DNA of 63,752 bases, the filler included, from Octopus bimaculoides (taxonomy: Eukaryota): assembly GCF_001194135.2 (NCBI RefSeq). It is 6 parts of 5 records of this genome, joined end to end, with 100 filler letters (N's around TTAATTAATTAA, not from the genome) between each part and the next. Parts side by side here need not be neighbours in the genome. Positions count along the whole stretch, not along the records: positions 12,031 to 35,548 come from NC_068999.1; 5 more parts are not named here. One strand, given 5' to 3'. The notes under the pieces were generated by a model. It did no database searches, was not told the origin of the DNA, and saw only the letters and a program-made list of their open reading frames with translations. A program made the position numbers and the translations under genes. Positions 12,869 through 25,934 of this stretch are shown in pieces; position 1 is the stretch's first letter; each line of letters begins with the position of its first letter.

Positions 12869-13481
12869 NNNNNNNNNNNNNNNNNNNNNNNNNNNNNNNN
12901 NNNNNNNNNNNNNNNNNNNNNNNNNNNNNNNNNNNNNNNNNNNNNNNNNNNNNNNNNNNNNNNNNNNNNNNNNNNNNNNNNNNNNNNNNNNNNNNNNNNN
13001 NNNNNNNNNNNNNNNNNNNNNNNNNNNNNNNNNNNNNNNNNNNNNNNNNNNNNNNNNNNNNNNNNNNNNNNNNNNNNNNNNNNNNNNNNNNNNNNNNNNN
13101 NNNNNNNNNNNNNNNNNNNNNNNNNNNNNNNNNNNNNNNNNNNNNNNNNNNNNNNNNNNNNNNNNNNNNNNNNNNNNNNNNNNNNNNNNNNNNNNNNNNN
13201 NNNNNNNNNNNNNNNNNNNNNNNNNNNNNNNNNNNNNNNNNNNNNNNNNNNNNNNNNNNNNNNNNNNNNNNNNNNNNNNNNNNNNNNNNNNNNNNNNNNN
13301 NNNNNNNNNNNNNNNNNNNNNNNNNNNNNNNNNNNNNNNNNNNNNNNNNNNNNNNNNNNNNNNNNNNNNNNNNNNNNNNNTATATTATTTAGTACTTAGT
13401 GGTCTAGAAACATCTTTGCAATGTGGCTACACTGCAAATGATTCAAATATATTAATAAGATGTAAGCATTTAATGAAAGAA

Positions 13482-13487
13482 TTTATT
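13482..13487 (-). promoter_or_regulatory. Candidate polyadenylation signal AATAAA of the convertase gene
   Basis: AATAAA on the minus strand about 30 nt after the TAA stop. The region is AT-rich, so this could be chance. Confidence 0.4.
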
Positions 13488-13515
13488 TCCGTTTCCACTT
13501 GTATCATTCAAAAGT

Positions 13516-14902
13516 TTATAATTCCAATGTTTCGTTCTGTTTGATTTGAAGTATTTTTAATTCCCCTTCAAATACTGGTTCCTTTTTTATGGGGAACTCA
13601 TTCATGAGATCATTTTTTTTAACTTTTGTATTAGAGTTTGGAACTTTAGTGTCTTCCACAGTAAGCACTTTTAAATTCTTCCCTAAAGTGGAAGATTTTG
13701 AAACAAATAGACGTTTATCATCCTCAGTATGTATCAGTTGCTCTAATTTCTTAATAATATTTCCCAGCAGATTTTGCTCAGTCGATTCTGACTGTATGAC
13801 TATAGCATTAGGTTTACTTTGCACTGCAGCTGTATGGAGCATCCTTTCAGCAATAAATCGACCCGTTAATCTATATTTTATTGAGTAATTTAGTGATGTA
13901 TGATTTTTTCTACCTGAATTTGTAAATTTATCAAGGTTTTTAACAGAAATATTTGAACGGTTATTGTTTGTCAAATGTGAAAGATTTGCTTTTGAATTGA
14001 TCCGATGACTCCTCTTAGAATCAGTCAATATAATTAGAAGTTTGTTGAGTTTACTGGAAATGTTCTTATTTATATGTATGCATTCTTTGTTCCTTCCCAG
14101 GCTATGTAGTTTGACATTACAACTTGGATAAATCTTGGTCATATTATCAAAACTATGTAAGTGCGCAGGTCTATGATGGAGTGAATTCTTTTTAATTTTT
14201 GAAATGCTTCCATCAGCTAGTTTAAATCCAATAAATTTTGACAGCGAATACCACTTTCTAGCAGAATCAATATTATTGGTTTTTAAAGGATATTTGATCA
14301 AATTATTTGATTTTGGACTTACATATGGATTTCTAAGATTCCTTTGCAATTGAGGAACTAATAGAGAACCAAATCTATCATTGACAAAACGTCTGGGATT
14401 ATCAATTTTTTTTATTGGTCTTGGATTATGTTTCACCTCTAATTTTGGAGAAGACAGTTTTACTGACATTGAAATTAAATTTTCCTTTTTGATAATTATT
14501 TTCACTTCTTCAGGTGTAAGTTCCTTTGTAGAAGAAGTATTTAATTTCCTCTCTTTCATATAACCATGAAGAATTAAAGCCCATTTAATCAAAATGCCAT
14601 TATTTTCATTGTTCTGTGTATCAAAGATTTGTAGTGTCCAATTGCCTTTTGGATCTTCCTCCCAATGGTGAACACTAAGGAAATAAAAATCAATGCCATC
14701 TTTGGAACAATCAAATTTTCTTGGAGAAAGCATTTGAGATTTTGTACCAGAAGGTGAGATAAGAAATATTTGAAGTTCCCCACGGCAAGAATGTTTGAGT
14801 TTTATGTACAGCTGAACATGTTCCAAATGATTAATTTTTAGTGAGCCACCTTCTATATTGCAGGAAATATTAATAAAAATTGGTTCTGCATGTGATATTT
14901 TT
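13516..14902 (-). CDS. Proprotein convertase (kexin/furin family), terminal exon: P domain plus long C-terminal tail
   Basis: Acceptor cctttcAG at 14904-14903. The first base completes AG+A=Arg from the previous exon. HLEHVQLYIKLKHSCRGELQIFLISPSGTKSQML...FLSVHHWEEDPKGNWTLQIFD...WALILHG is a P domain. Frame stays open to TAA at 13518-13516. Confidence 0.93.
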
Positions 14903-15469
14903 CTGAAAGGAAAATATTTTTTACTATTTTATTATTGTAAAATAAAAAATATTGATTTGGTTTGATTTTGCATGACAGAGTACTCAAGGAACTATTACAT
15001 TATTTGAAAACAAGAATTTCTACACAAAATTGAACTTCTGCTCATTCTGTCACAATTACAATTAAATGCTTTTCAAGTCTGTTTAACAACACAACACCGT
15101 ACTAGTTTAAACTAAGATTGACTACACTTAAAATGTGAATCTGATTAAGTGATGGAATTGTCAACACTGACTCTTAACTGTAGATAATTATATTTCTTAT
15201 ATAAGTCTATTATCAGTGCTGACACATATATTGTATTAAGTTAGGAAGATTAAATTTGGCAATCATCAGCATATTTATTCTAAGAGAAAGCAAACATTGT
15301 TAAATTAGTTATCAGAATTCTAGATGAATATCTATAGTCAATAATTTGTTATTAATAAATTACTTCACCATCAACAAAGAACTGTGGTTCTGTTGAATGT
15401 TAATTTTAAGAACATAAAGAATTGATTTATTTGCAGTACAAAATATCTTATGTTTCTATTAAGACATAC

Positions 15470-15688
15470 CTTTTCATGACTTCACTGAAATGTGAATGGC
15501 TTGTGGCTATAGGAACATTATTCCAGGATTGTGCAAGATTTACCATGTGACTACAGTCGATCATGCCAAAGCCAAAAGTATTACTGAAGTGAATGCCAGC
15601 TCCATTCTTGAACCAAGTATTATTTATTGATGGAATTCTAGCACCATGTACAACTATATGCTGTATATCCCGCCAAGTCAAAAGGGGG
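15470..15688 (-). CDS. Proprotein convertase internal exon (end of catalytic domain)
   Basis: Acceptor ctttacAG at 15690-15689 and donor AG|GTATGT at 15469. Encodes (N)PLLTWRDIQHIVVHGA...W.KNGAGIHFSNTFGFGMID...MVNLAQSW. Phases match both neighbouring exons. Confidence 0.95.
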
Positions 15689-15700
15689 CTGTAAAGAATA

Positions 15701-15740
15701 ATAATAATAACTCTTTCTCAGTGGAATTATAATAATGATG

Positions 15741-15798
<58 letters not shown>
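15701..15798. repeat. (TAA)n microsatellite next to the splice acceptor
   Basis: Directly visible. Confidence 0.9.
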
Positions 15799-15799
<1 letters not shown>

Positions 15800-16549
15800 T
15801 AGTGGGACCAATGGAGATTCCATGGTGTAAGTCATCATATTTGATAACATTAGTATATTAATCACAGACAAGGAATTTCAAACAATTCTTTTGAAATCCT
15901 GCCATTTAATCAAAACTGTACTTTTAAACAATTAAAATGAACTCAGCATATATTGCTTACTTACCTTCTTTTAATATGTTTGAGGAAATAAAAGATGAAT
16001 TAAAATGATGGGGATGTTTCTATGTGGCCTGCTTGTTTGTTGCACCTTGTTTACCATTTTGTCCTTGTTCTTTTGCCACGTCATGTACCCAGTTATGTAT
16101 CTATATGTACATGTAGATGAACATATATACATACATGTACATATATATATGCATATACTCATATATATATATATATATATATATANNNNNNNNNNNNNNN
16201 NNNNNNNNNNNNNNNNNNNNNNNNNNNNNNNNNNNNNNNNNNNNNNNNNNNNNNNNNNNNNNNNNNNNNNNNNNNNNNNNNNNNNNNNNNNNNNNNNNNN
16301 NNNNNNNNNNNNNNNNNNNNNNNNNNNNNNNNNNNNNNNNNNNNNNNNNNNNNNNNNNNNNNNNNNNNNATATAATACTACAATTTTTGCTGTCCAACCA
16401 CTACCAAGGCTCAATCCAAGTTATTTACCAACTGAGATTATTTTCATTCCTTTTCATTTCATTTCCATTTAGGTACATATCTATTTGTACATCTATTAAT
16501 ATATCACTTCTATCTGCATAGCTATCAATGTATTTGTAGGTTCACCTAT

Positions 16550-16559
16550 CTATCTATTC

Positions 16560-16655
<96 letters not shown>

Positions 16656-16720
16656 GCTTGCCTGCCTACCTACCTACTTATCTACCTACCTACCTACCAA
16701 CCTATCTATCTCTCTATCTC
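16550..16720. repeat. Compound tetranucleotide microsatellite (TCTA)n(TCTG)n(CCTA)n
   Basis: Directly visible. Confidence 0.95.
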
Positions 16721-17759
16721 TCTGTCAATTGGTCTGTCTGTATGTTTGTTTATCTATCGATCTAGCTAACTAACTATCATTATTATATATATCTACATGC
16801 CCTTCTGTATCCGTCTACTCTTCTAACAGTGATAAGCACATAAATCAAATAACAAAAAAGAAAAAAAGAATAATAGTTGCGCCCCAACATTGTCATACCC
16901 TTTAGTCTGGAATATGTAAAAGGTGAAAGTGTAACATCCATAGCTATTTGCGAAGGTCATTTCACTTTAATTTAATTATCTTTTAATATATCATTTAATG
17001 CATATACTTATAGATCTTGATGACATTGTTCTACTACGTTAAACATTTTGATTGTGTCTGCAATTTGAACACACAAATGCAAAATAATATAGACCTTCTG
17101 CACCCCCCCCCCCATCTTTCTCTTAGTCTCCCTTTCTTCTGATATATATATTATAATATGAGGGATAAAAATCCAAATTTACAGGTAAAAACTATATGTG
17201 ACTGTGGATTTTCATGGATGAGTTCATGAACTTTGGTTCTTTTCTCTAAATTATATATATATATATATATATANNNNNNNNNNNNNNNNNNNNNNNNNNN
17301 NNNNNNNNNNNNNNNNNNNNNNNNNNNNNNNNNNNNNNNNNNNNNNNNNNNNNNNNNNNNNNNNNNNNNNNNNNNNNNNNNNNNNNNNNNNNNNNNNNNN
17401 NNNNNNNNNNNNNNNNNNNNNNNNNNNNNNNNNNNNNNNNNNNNNNNNNNNNNNNNNNNNNNNNNNNNNNNNNNNNNNNNNNNNNNNNNNNNNNNNNNNN
17501 NNNNNNNNNNNNNNNNNNNNNNNNNNNNNNNNNNNNNNNNNNNNNNNNNNNNNNNNNNNNNNNNNNNNNNNNNNNNNNNNNNNNNNNNNNNNNNNNNNNN
17601 NNNNNNNNNNNNNNNNNNNNNNNTATATATATATATACACATATATATATATATATATTTCTCCTTTCAAGTTATAACCTCCCTTCGTATAAATGTAACA
17701 CATGGATGAAACAGACAGGAACATAGGAATGCATATAATAATAATAATAATAATAATAA

Positions 17760-18930
17760 GGTAGTATGGCCAAGTGGAATAAACGTCTCCTTCTAAACGA
17801 TAGTAATGGGATGAGCCAATCTAACAACATCAACATCAAACAAGGCCTCTTTCAAGGTGACTCCCTCTCCCCATTACTCTTTTGCATTGCACTGATCTCA
17901 CTCTCAAATAAACTGAGTAACACCAGGTATGGGTTCAAAATGTATAAAATAGTAAATCATCTGTTTTATATGATAAATCTGAAGCTGTTTGCTAGAAATG
18001 GCGAAGAGCCAGCAGGGTTGTTAACAACTGTTAAAGAGTTCGGCATTGACATCGGGATGGATTTTCGCCTCGATAAATGTACTTAAGCAACTTTTGTAAG
18101 AGGCAAGCTCAAGGAAACAGTTTCCATTAAGTCTGATACCGACACTACCATCAAAGAGCTTGACCCACAAGAAAGCTATAAATACCTGGGGATAAACATA
18201 CTACTATGATGGAAAAAATACGAAAGGAGTATTACAGAAGAATACGACTCAAACTAAAAACTGAACACAACTCCAAATATTGCATCGAAGCCATTAACAC
18301 TCTGGCACTTCCAGTAGTCCAATACAGTTTTAACATCATTAACTGGAAACTTACAGAACTCTAACGCCTGGACAGGAAGACAAGAAAACTACTAACAGCT
18401 AAGAACATGCACCACCTAAAAGCAGACGTTGATCGTCTGTACCTACCCAGACGTAATGGGGAAAGAGGAATGATGCAGGAAGAACTGTACTATAAGACCT
18501 CCACAATAGCAATGAACAAGTACTTGACAGAGGATTGGATGCTGCAGCTTGTGTGCAAACACGAAAGCAGCAAAAATTGCATTCTGTTGTCAAGGAAGCT
18601 TGCAAATTCACAAGGGAACTCGACATTAACCCTGAATTAGATGAAGAACCTGAAACCACTGCCACGAAAAAAGCAAAACGGATCAAACAGACTACAAAAA
18701 GAGCACGCAGAAACAAATTGAGGAGCGGTGGAGCCAGAAGCCTCTATATGAACAGTATATACTTCAAAGCAGAAATGCTGATATAGACCAAGCAACAAGC
18801 CATCAGTGGCTGAGAAGCTCAGAACTGAAAGCAGAGGCTGAAGGTTTCGTATTGGCGATACAAGATCAAAGCTTGCTTACCAAAAAGTACCAGGTTAACG
18901 TTCTTCAAAACGGTTCTGACCATAAATGTG
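17760..18930 (+). mobile_element. R4/Dong-type non-LTR retrotransposon fragment (RT and downstream), degenerate
   Basis: IKQGLFQGDSLSPLLFCIAL...NHLFYM..LKLFA...FGLDKC; HHLKADVDRLYLPRRNGERG; WLRSSELKAEAEGF...QDQSL. Starts after (TAA)n; multiple stops. Confidence 0.85.
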
Positions 18931-19189
18931 TATGAAGTTAAACCACCAAAAAGGTTAAAAAAAAACTCTTAATGCTCAACTATAAGACCAGCAGTTCGTA
19001 TTCTGTTACCAGCACTACATCGGGGATTTCATACTTGAATATCTAAGTCTTTACAACTATAAATGAGTTTTGGAACAACTTGACGCAGTAAGTTCTGACA
19101 GAACTAAATATCAGATGTATATGATCTAACAGATTTCTAAGAGGTCGGTGTTGGTCTGTGTCAGCAAGACTTGTATTATTTAGTAAATC

Positions 19190-19490
19190 AGGAAAATGAT
19201 TACAGTGAACTTGCCATGGGGAGTGGAAAGTTCATTTTGGACACAGTCCTTCTTCAAGTGAAAAGTTGAAAGGAGATAAATTAATGAGAGATAGTAAAGT
19301 TTTACATCTTCAAAGTTAAATAAAGCTGGCTGCTACTGATAAGGGATATAGGACCATGTGAGCTTCAGAAATGAACAAGAAGTGTTATGAGCAACAGTGT
19401 TAGAAAGGTAGAAAGAAAAAGGAACTGAATGAGGAGTAGGAGAGGCAAACAAAATAGAGTGAGGTGGAAGGGAAAGGCGAGGTGAGAGGG
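19190..19490 (-). mobile_element. Possible CR1/L2-type LINE 3' coding remnant
   Basis: Minus-strand translation ...TSCSFLKLTWSYIP...LFNFEDVK resembles the degenerate SFFPRT..WNSLP...FK end of CR1/L2 ORF2. Confidence 0.35.
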
Positions 19491-20137
19491 GAGCTAAAGG
19501 ATAAAAAAAGGTCTAAAGAACTACTGGGCACCATGTCACCAAAAGGTTTAAATTAACTTTTTCCTTCTACTCCCACATTTCCTGCATGGTTTTTTTTAAA
19601 CTTAGAAGATGTAAAACCCTACTGTGTCTAATTAATTTCTCTGCTTCCAGTTTATCCCTAAACATGGACTCTATATCTGATAGCTGTAAATCATTGAATT
19701 ACAGTGATAAATTAAAATTCTTTACAGGAAAAGTCACTTTCCATAGATATGTTTCTGAGACTGAGATTTGTTGTTTAAACACCTAATATAATGGAATTTG
19801 GAGATAACTACTTACTCTGTGAAACTACAGAGGTCCATGAATGGTAAGTCATGTGTAAATACATGAATGGTAATTCATGAGTAAATACAGTGTCTGAAAA
19901 GTACCACAAATGTTGGCCTTTTACAAGAACATTGATTTAATTACCAGTGCAAACTGCTGAGTTGAAGAGACAAACTACACATTAAAATTAGTCTAAAGAT
20001 AAATTTGCAATATACAAGAAAATAAAAGGTTGCTGAATATCTTTATATGTAATGTTTACAAAACAGGAATAGGTCAATGGATGGTTTCACATATAATGTT
20101 TACAAGATAGAAATAGAAGTTCAGTGAACATCTTATA

Positions 20138-21245
20138 TACAGAGTGTGTTAGTTTTTGAAATCATTTGAATTTAGAAAAAAACACATAGCTGTATTTGAA
20201 CACAAGTTAGTACAGATAATTTCAAGAATCCTTTTATCACATCTGTTCATTGAATCCACCGTTAGCGTCAATGACTACTTCAATAGAGGGTTGGAAGCAT
20301 TGACATGCTTGAATCACATGATATTTATCAATTTTGGATATAGAGCTGGTTATGGCAGACTGAGAGATTATATGGGAATATTGACTGACCTCTCTCTTGA
20401 CCATGCCCCATACATAATAGACCAGTGGATTGAAGTCTGGAGAGATAGGAAGCCATATGTCTGGGAGAACCTGATCATGGAGACTGAGATGCATCCACCC
20501 TTGGGTTGTCCTAGCCTTGTGACATAGTGCATACTCTTGTAAGACATGCAGTCTTCCATTGCATAGTCACAACTTTCTCCAACACCTCTGTGTAAACAAC
20601 AACATTGAATCTTGATCCCTGTGAAAAATAGTGAGGAAGCATGATATTTTTCTCATTGCTGATGACTCCCAGAACCATCAGAGTTGCTGGAAACTTAGTA
20701 GGCATGGTCATTGGAACATCCTTTGGGTCTCTGCACAGCAATCTATTGTTTACTCAATTTACATTTTGATTCCTGAACAATTTTCTCATCAGAGAAATCC
20801 AAGGCATTCCAGCCTCTTGGTGTTTTAACTTGCTTAGCAACCACTTTCCATGCATTGAATGATTTTTTGCTGTCACATCCAATATAAACTGACCCCTCCA
20901 CATTACATAAAACTTGTACCAAAAGTCCTCTTGCACAACTCTTCTGATGGTGCAGTCTGAAACCTTGAGGTCCTTTGCAATGGTTCTGATTGGCTTTCTG
21001 GAGATTTTATTGATCATTTCTTGAATTTTTTTGTATAAAATTGTGTTCTGATGGCATTAGAATCCTCTGCATGTGTTTTGCATTTAGCTACTGATGATGG
21101 GTCCCTGTCAGTAGCTTTCAGCACCTTTCAAATTTTGGCAATGAAAGATCAGACAACTTTTAGGAAGTGAGCTATCTCTGTATCACTATGCTGCACTTTT
21201 GAGGCAATAATTACAGAGCACCTTTTCATTTGCTCCAGCATGGCT
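20138..21245 (-). mobile_element. Tc1/mariner (maT/DD37D-like) transposon, degenerate transposase
   Basis: HTH-like SIRTIAKDLKVSDCTIRRVV; TKFPATLMVLGVISNE..MLPHYFSQG; WLPISPDFNPLVYYVWG...QACQCFQPSIEVVIDANGGF. TA-CAGAGTG end at about 20138. Confidence 0.85.
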
Positions 21246-21661
21246 GCAGTCAAATAACTAAAACATGTGTGTGTGTGTGGTGTGTGTAAGCAGACTGACA
21301 GACAGTCAGACAGACAGACAGACAGATAGATATTTATAAGGCAGGAATAAGTCAGTGAACAGTTTATATGACATCTACAAACACAAATAGAGCATCAGTG
21401 AACAGCTATATATATATAACGTTTACAAGACAGGAACAATGAATACCTTCACAGAGGATGTTCACAAGACATGAAAAGAAAGCCAATGAGTACCAGATTA
21501 AAAAAGAAAAAGAGGACATGAGATATTAAAAATAATCAATGAGTTCTTTGTATGTTGCTGGTTTATATAACATTGAATCTACCTTGCAGAGGATTGACCT
21601 TCTGATGATATTGTCAGATGCAAGATCTCTTGGGAAATACTCAGGAGTGTTATCACAATAG

Positions 21662-21830
21662 CCCACAGCACATGCAAGTGTGGCTGTGTGGTAATAAGTT
21701 TGCTTCCCAAACACATGGTTTCAGATTCAGTCCCACAGTGTGGCACCTTGGACAAACATTTTCTACTATAGCCCTGGGCCAACCAAAGACTTGTGAATGG
21801 ATGTGGTAGATAGAAACTGACAGAAGCTTG
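21662..21830 (+). mobile_element. SINE family 1, 5' half
   Basis: gtggctgtgtggtaataag...ggcaccttggacaaac...gaaactgacagaagc. Confidence 0.8.
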
Positions 21831-21856
21831 TCATGTATATATATATATATATATAT

Positions 21857-22275
21857 ACTCTTTTTTACTCTTTTACTCTTTTACTTGTTTCAGTCATTTG
21901 ACTGTGGCCATGCTGGAGCACCACCTTTAGTCGAGCAAATCGACCCCAGAACTTATTCTTTGTAAGCCTAGTACTTATTCTATCGGTCTCTTTTGCCGAA
22001 CCGCTAAGTTACGGGGACGTAAACACACCAGCATTGGTTTTCAAGCGATGTTGGGGGGACAAACACAGACACGCAAACATATACGCACACATACATATAT
22101 ATACATATATACGACAGGCTTCTTTCAGTTTCTGTCTACCAAATCCACTCACAAGGCTTTGGTCGGCCTGAGGCTATAGTAGAAGACACTTGCCCAAGGT
22201 GCCACGCAGTGGGACTGAACCCGGAACCATGTGGTTGGTAAGCAAACTACTTACCACACAGCCACTCCTACGCCT
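21857..22275 (-). mobile_element. SINE family 1, full length, low divergence
   Basis: Complete reverse-complement copy including the (GAGTAAAA)n tail. Confidence 0.92.
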
Positions 22276-22284
22276 ATATATATC

Positions 22285-22420
22285 AACATCATCATCATTT
22301 AACTTCCGTTGTCCATGCTGACATGGTTTGGATGCTTTGACCAGAGCTGGTAAGCTGCGGGGCTGCATGAGACTCCTGTCTGATTTGGTATGGTTTTTAC
22401 AACTGGATGCCCTTCCTAAC
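22285..22420 (-). mobile_element. RTE-type LINE 3' UTR fragment
   Basis: Reverse complement of gttaggaagggcatccag...ccatgccagcatgga...gatgatgat, as at 40130-40297. Confidence 0.7.
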
Positions 22421-22444
22421 ACATATGTATGTATGTATAAATAT

Positions 22445-22598
<154 letters not shown>

Positions 22599-22954
22599 CC
22601 CTTATCACTCCTTGACAGCTGGTGTTGGTTTGTTTATGTCTCAGTAACTTAACTGTTTAGTAAAAGGAGACTGACAGAATAATTACCAGTACTTAAAAAA
22701 TTAAATACTGGAGTCAACTCATGCAACTAAAACCCTTCCAGGCAGTGCCCCAGTATGGCCACAGTCCAATGACAGTAACTAGTGAAAGATAAAGGATAAA
22801 TAGTTTTTAAGGAATACTTGAAGAAGTAGAGCAAACCAACAAATATTTTATTTCCCATTTTGTTTTTAAGAGTAAAAACGTGAGCAAAATTGGCACAGTG
22901 TTGAAGTGAAATGTTTATTGGGTTTTGACAATAGTTTGCTATTTACTGGGTTTT

Positions 22955-23125
22955 GACATAATATTTCATCAGCAATGTGGGAGATGTCATACCTCCTCAC
23001 TTTTTTTCACAGGGCTCAAGATTCAATGCTGCTGTTTACACAGAGGTGTTGGAGAAAGTGTAGCCCTAGATAGGCAGAGTGTGCAAGAAAGGCTATGTAT
23101 TCTAATAAGACTCTTTGCCACCCCA
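22955..23125 (+). mobile_element. Second fragment of the same Tc1/mariner family, inverted relative to 20138-21245
   Basis: caggg(c/a)tcaagattcaatg(c/t)tg(c/t)tgtttacacagaggtgttggagaaagt is nearly identical to the reverse complement of about 20570-20620. Confidence 0.8.
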
Positions 23126-23440
23126 TAACATCATACAACCCCTCAAGTCTGCCATAACCGTCTCTATGTCCAAAATTAATATAGATGAAAAATCAGGAAT
23201 TTTATTTAGGTTTTCATTGCTCTGATGGTTGTTGTTTAACCATACATCAGTACTTATCAATCAAAAGCCTTCCACTATGATATCATTCCATCATTTTGTT
23301 GAGCCATGACTACATTATGCAAAGTGTCTTTCCTTTTCTAAGATGATAGGATGTGATATGGGGAGATTTGATGGTCAATATTAGCATACTGAATGAACAT
23401 ACAGAGATTCTGTTGCTGTTTCAGAAAATATTTGGATATT

Positions 23441-24105
23441 TAGGTGCAGGTATGGCAGTGTGGTAAGAAGCTTGCTTCCCAATTGCATGATTCTGGGTTC
23501 AGTTCCACTGTGTATGACCTTGGGCAAGTTTCTTCAACTATAATTTTGGGCTCACCAAAGCCTTGTGAATGGATTTGGTAGACGGAAACTGAAAGACACC
23601 CATTATATATATATATATATATNNNNNNNNNNNNNNNNNNNNNNNNNNNNNNNNNNNNNNNNNNNNNNNNNNNNNNNNNNNNNNNNNNNNNNNNNNNNNN
23701 NNNNNNNNNNNNNNNNNNNNNNNNNNNNNNNNNNNNNNNNNNNNNNNNNNNNNNNNNNNNNNNNNNNNNNNNNNNNNNNNNNNNNNNNNNNNNNNNNNNN
23801 NNNNNNNNNNNNNNNNNNNNNNNNNNNNNNNNNNNNNNNNNNNNNNNNNNNNNNNNNNNNNNNNNNNNNNNNNNNNNNNNNNNNNNNNNNNNNNNNNNNN
23901 NNNNNNNNNNNNNNNNNNNNNNNNNNNNNNNNNNNNNNNNNNNNNNNNNNNNNNNNNNNNNNNNNNNNNNNNNNNNNNNAAAAAAAAAAAAACAAAACAA
24001 AAAAAACAAGTAATGAAGTCAATTCATTTGACTAAAAATTCCTCAAGGTGCTACCCCAGCATGGCTACAGTCTACTGACCGAAACAAATAAAAGAGAAAA
24101 GATAA
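23441..24105 (+). mobile_element. SINE family 1 with central gap
   Basis: Head at 23441-23600 and diverged tail at about 24010-24105. Confidence 0.75.
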
Positions 24106-25504
24106 AAAATTTAATTTATTGACTATGAATATGCTTCTAACTCCACAAAATTTAACTTTATGCTGGTCAAAACAGAGTAGTTATAAAGAGCTCTTGAGGC
24201 TGACATAGATAATTAGATAACTAGAGCTATAGAGTAATGATTGTCTTATTTGTATTAAAATGTTATGAATTGCCAACCTATAAACTTGACCTTCTATGGC
24301 ACTTCATCAACTTAATCTGTATGACTTCCTAATTATTTGTTTTAAAAAAATCTTAAATTTCTGAAGTTAACTAGTATTTCTAATTTTCAGTAAAGTATGA
24401 ACATTAGTTTTAAAACAAAAATAACGAACCAAGTGGCTGCATGTATTGAAGAGCAAAATATAAGATGAAATGTTTTTAAAATGCATGATATGCATATTTG
24501 CTGTATAGCAGATCAAATCCCAATACATTTTGACCCTACTTGATTTTTTGTTGAAAGGTGAAACTAAAGCATGATATGCCACCATAAATTCATAATATTC
24601 AACAAGAAATATTTCAACATATCAGCAAATAAATGAAATTGGATCACTTGATACCCACAACACTTAAGAAAAACATAGGGTTAAAATGTTTTTCTTTTTA
24701 ATCTCTAATACAAAATAATTTTAAATACAGTTATTTACATAGTTTAATGACTTATTAGAAACCCTACACTGACCTACTTACTGAATCTTTGCATTGGTCA
24801 ATTTTGAAGCAGTACTTGTATTTCTCTATTATTCTATACTCTTGAATAGAGATTTTAAATCAGGCTAAGTTAATCAACTTCTTGAGTTAATTAACATAGA
24901 ACTCTTCAGAATAATTTAATTTCAAAAACGGAAATATATTAAGTTATGAAAAACTTCTCATGTTCGATCCAAAACATCATGATTTCCTGTTTTTGAGAAG
25001 ATAAGAATTTAATTCAACTTACTAAAAGAAATTGGTTCCATATACTTTTTATTAAATTGATAAGATAACTTATATAAGCATTAGTAGTTAGTGACAGCTG
25101 GCTAAATCTTTACACTGTTGTCCTATTAACAAACGGGTTGGTAGTTTATATAATGTAACCAGAGCTTTACTGTGACTTCATTTTGAATTAGCCTAACTAC
25201 CTTGTATACATCATAGGAAGTTATAGCTTATTTTTAAAAGCAGCAGAAACACTTCATACTTGACTTGCTGAGCTAGCAAAAACCAATAAGAAACAGATGA
25301 ATCAAGAGAGAGGTGTTTCAAACAGCTAAGTGTTTTAAAAATTTGGAGTGTGAGGAAGTACTTCATGATACATCTTTACAATAATAACGATAATAATAAT
25401 AGTGATAATAATGAATAATAATAAAATTAACAACAACAACAATATTATTAATAATAATAATAAATAATAATAATAATAATAATAATAATAAGAAGAAGAA
25501 GAAG

Positions 25505-25720
25505 AATAACAACATTGTCACCAAACAAGCAAAATGAATCAAGCAGACTACAAAAATGAATGTATTACGAAAGTCGGCATTACTTGGGATTACATGCATA
25601 TTGTGTAAAGTACTGTCTGTCTGAGGTCCTTGTTGCGACTTGACAAACAGTACAAACCCTCGGTAGGCCCAATATTTTCAATCAACAACCTCATGAAATT
25701 GTATACCGTGCAACGTCTAT
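25505..25720 (+). mobile_element. Internally deleted R4/Dong-type derivative between TAA arrays
   Basis: Sequence like 18655-18700 is joined directly to the ORF end (..RKSALLGITCILCKVLSV*) and 3' UTR. Confidence 0.55.
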
Positions 25721-25730
25721 AATGATGATG

Positions 25731-25795
<65 letters not shown>

Positions 25796-25934
25796 GAGAA
25801 GAAGAAGAAGAAGAAGAAGAAGAANNNNNNNNNNTAATAATAATAATAATAATAACAAAGAGAAGAAGAAGAAGAAGAAGAAGAAGAAGAAGAAGAAGAA
25901 GAAGAAGAAGAAGAAGAAGAAGAAGAAGAAGAAG

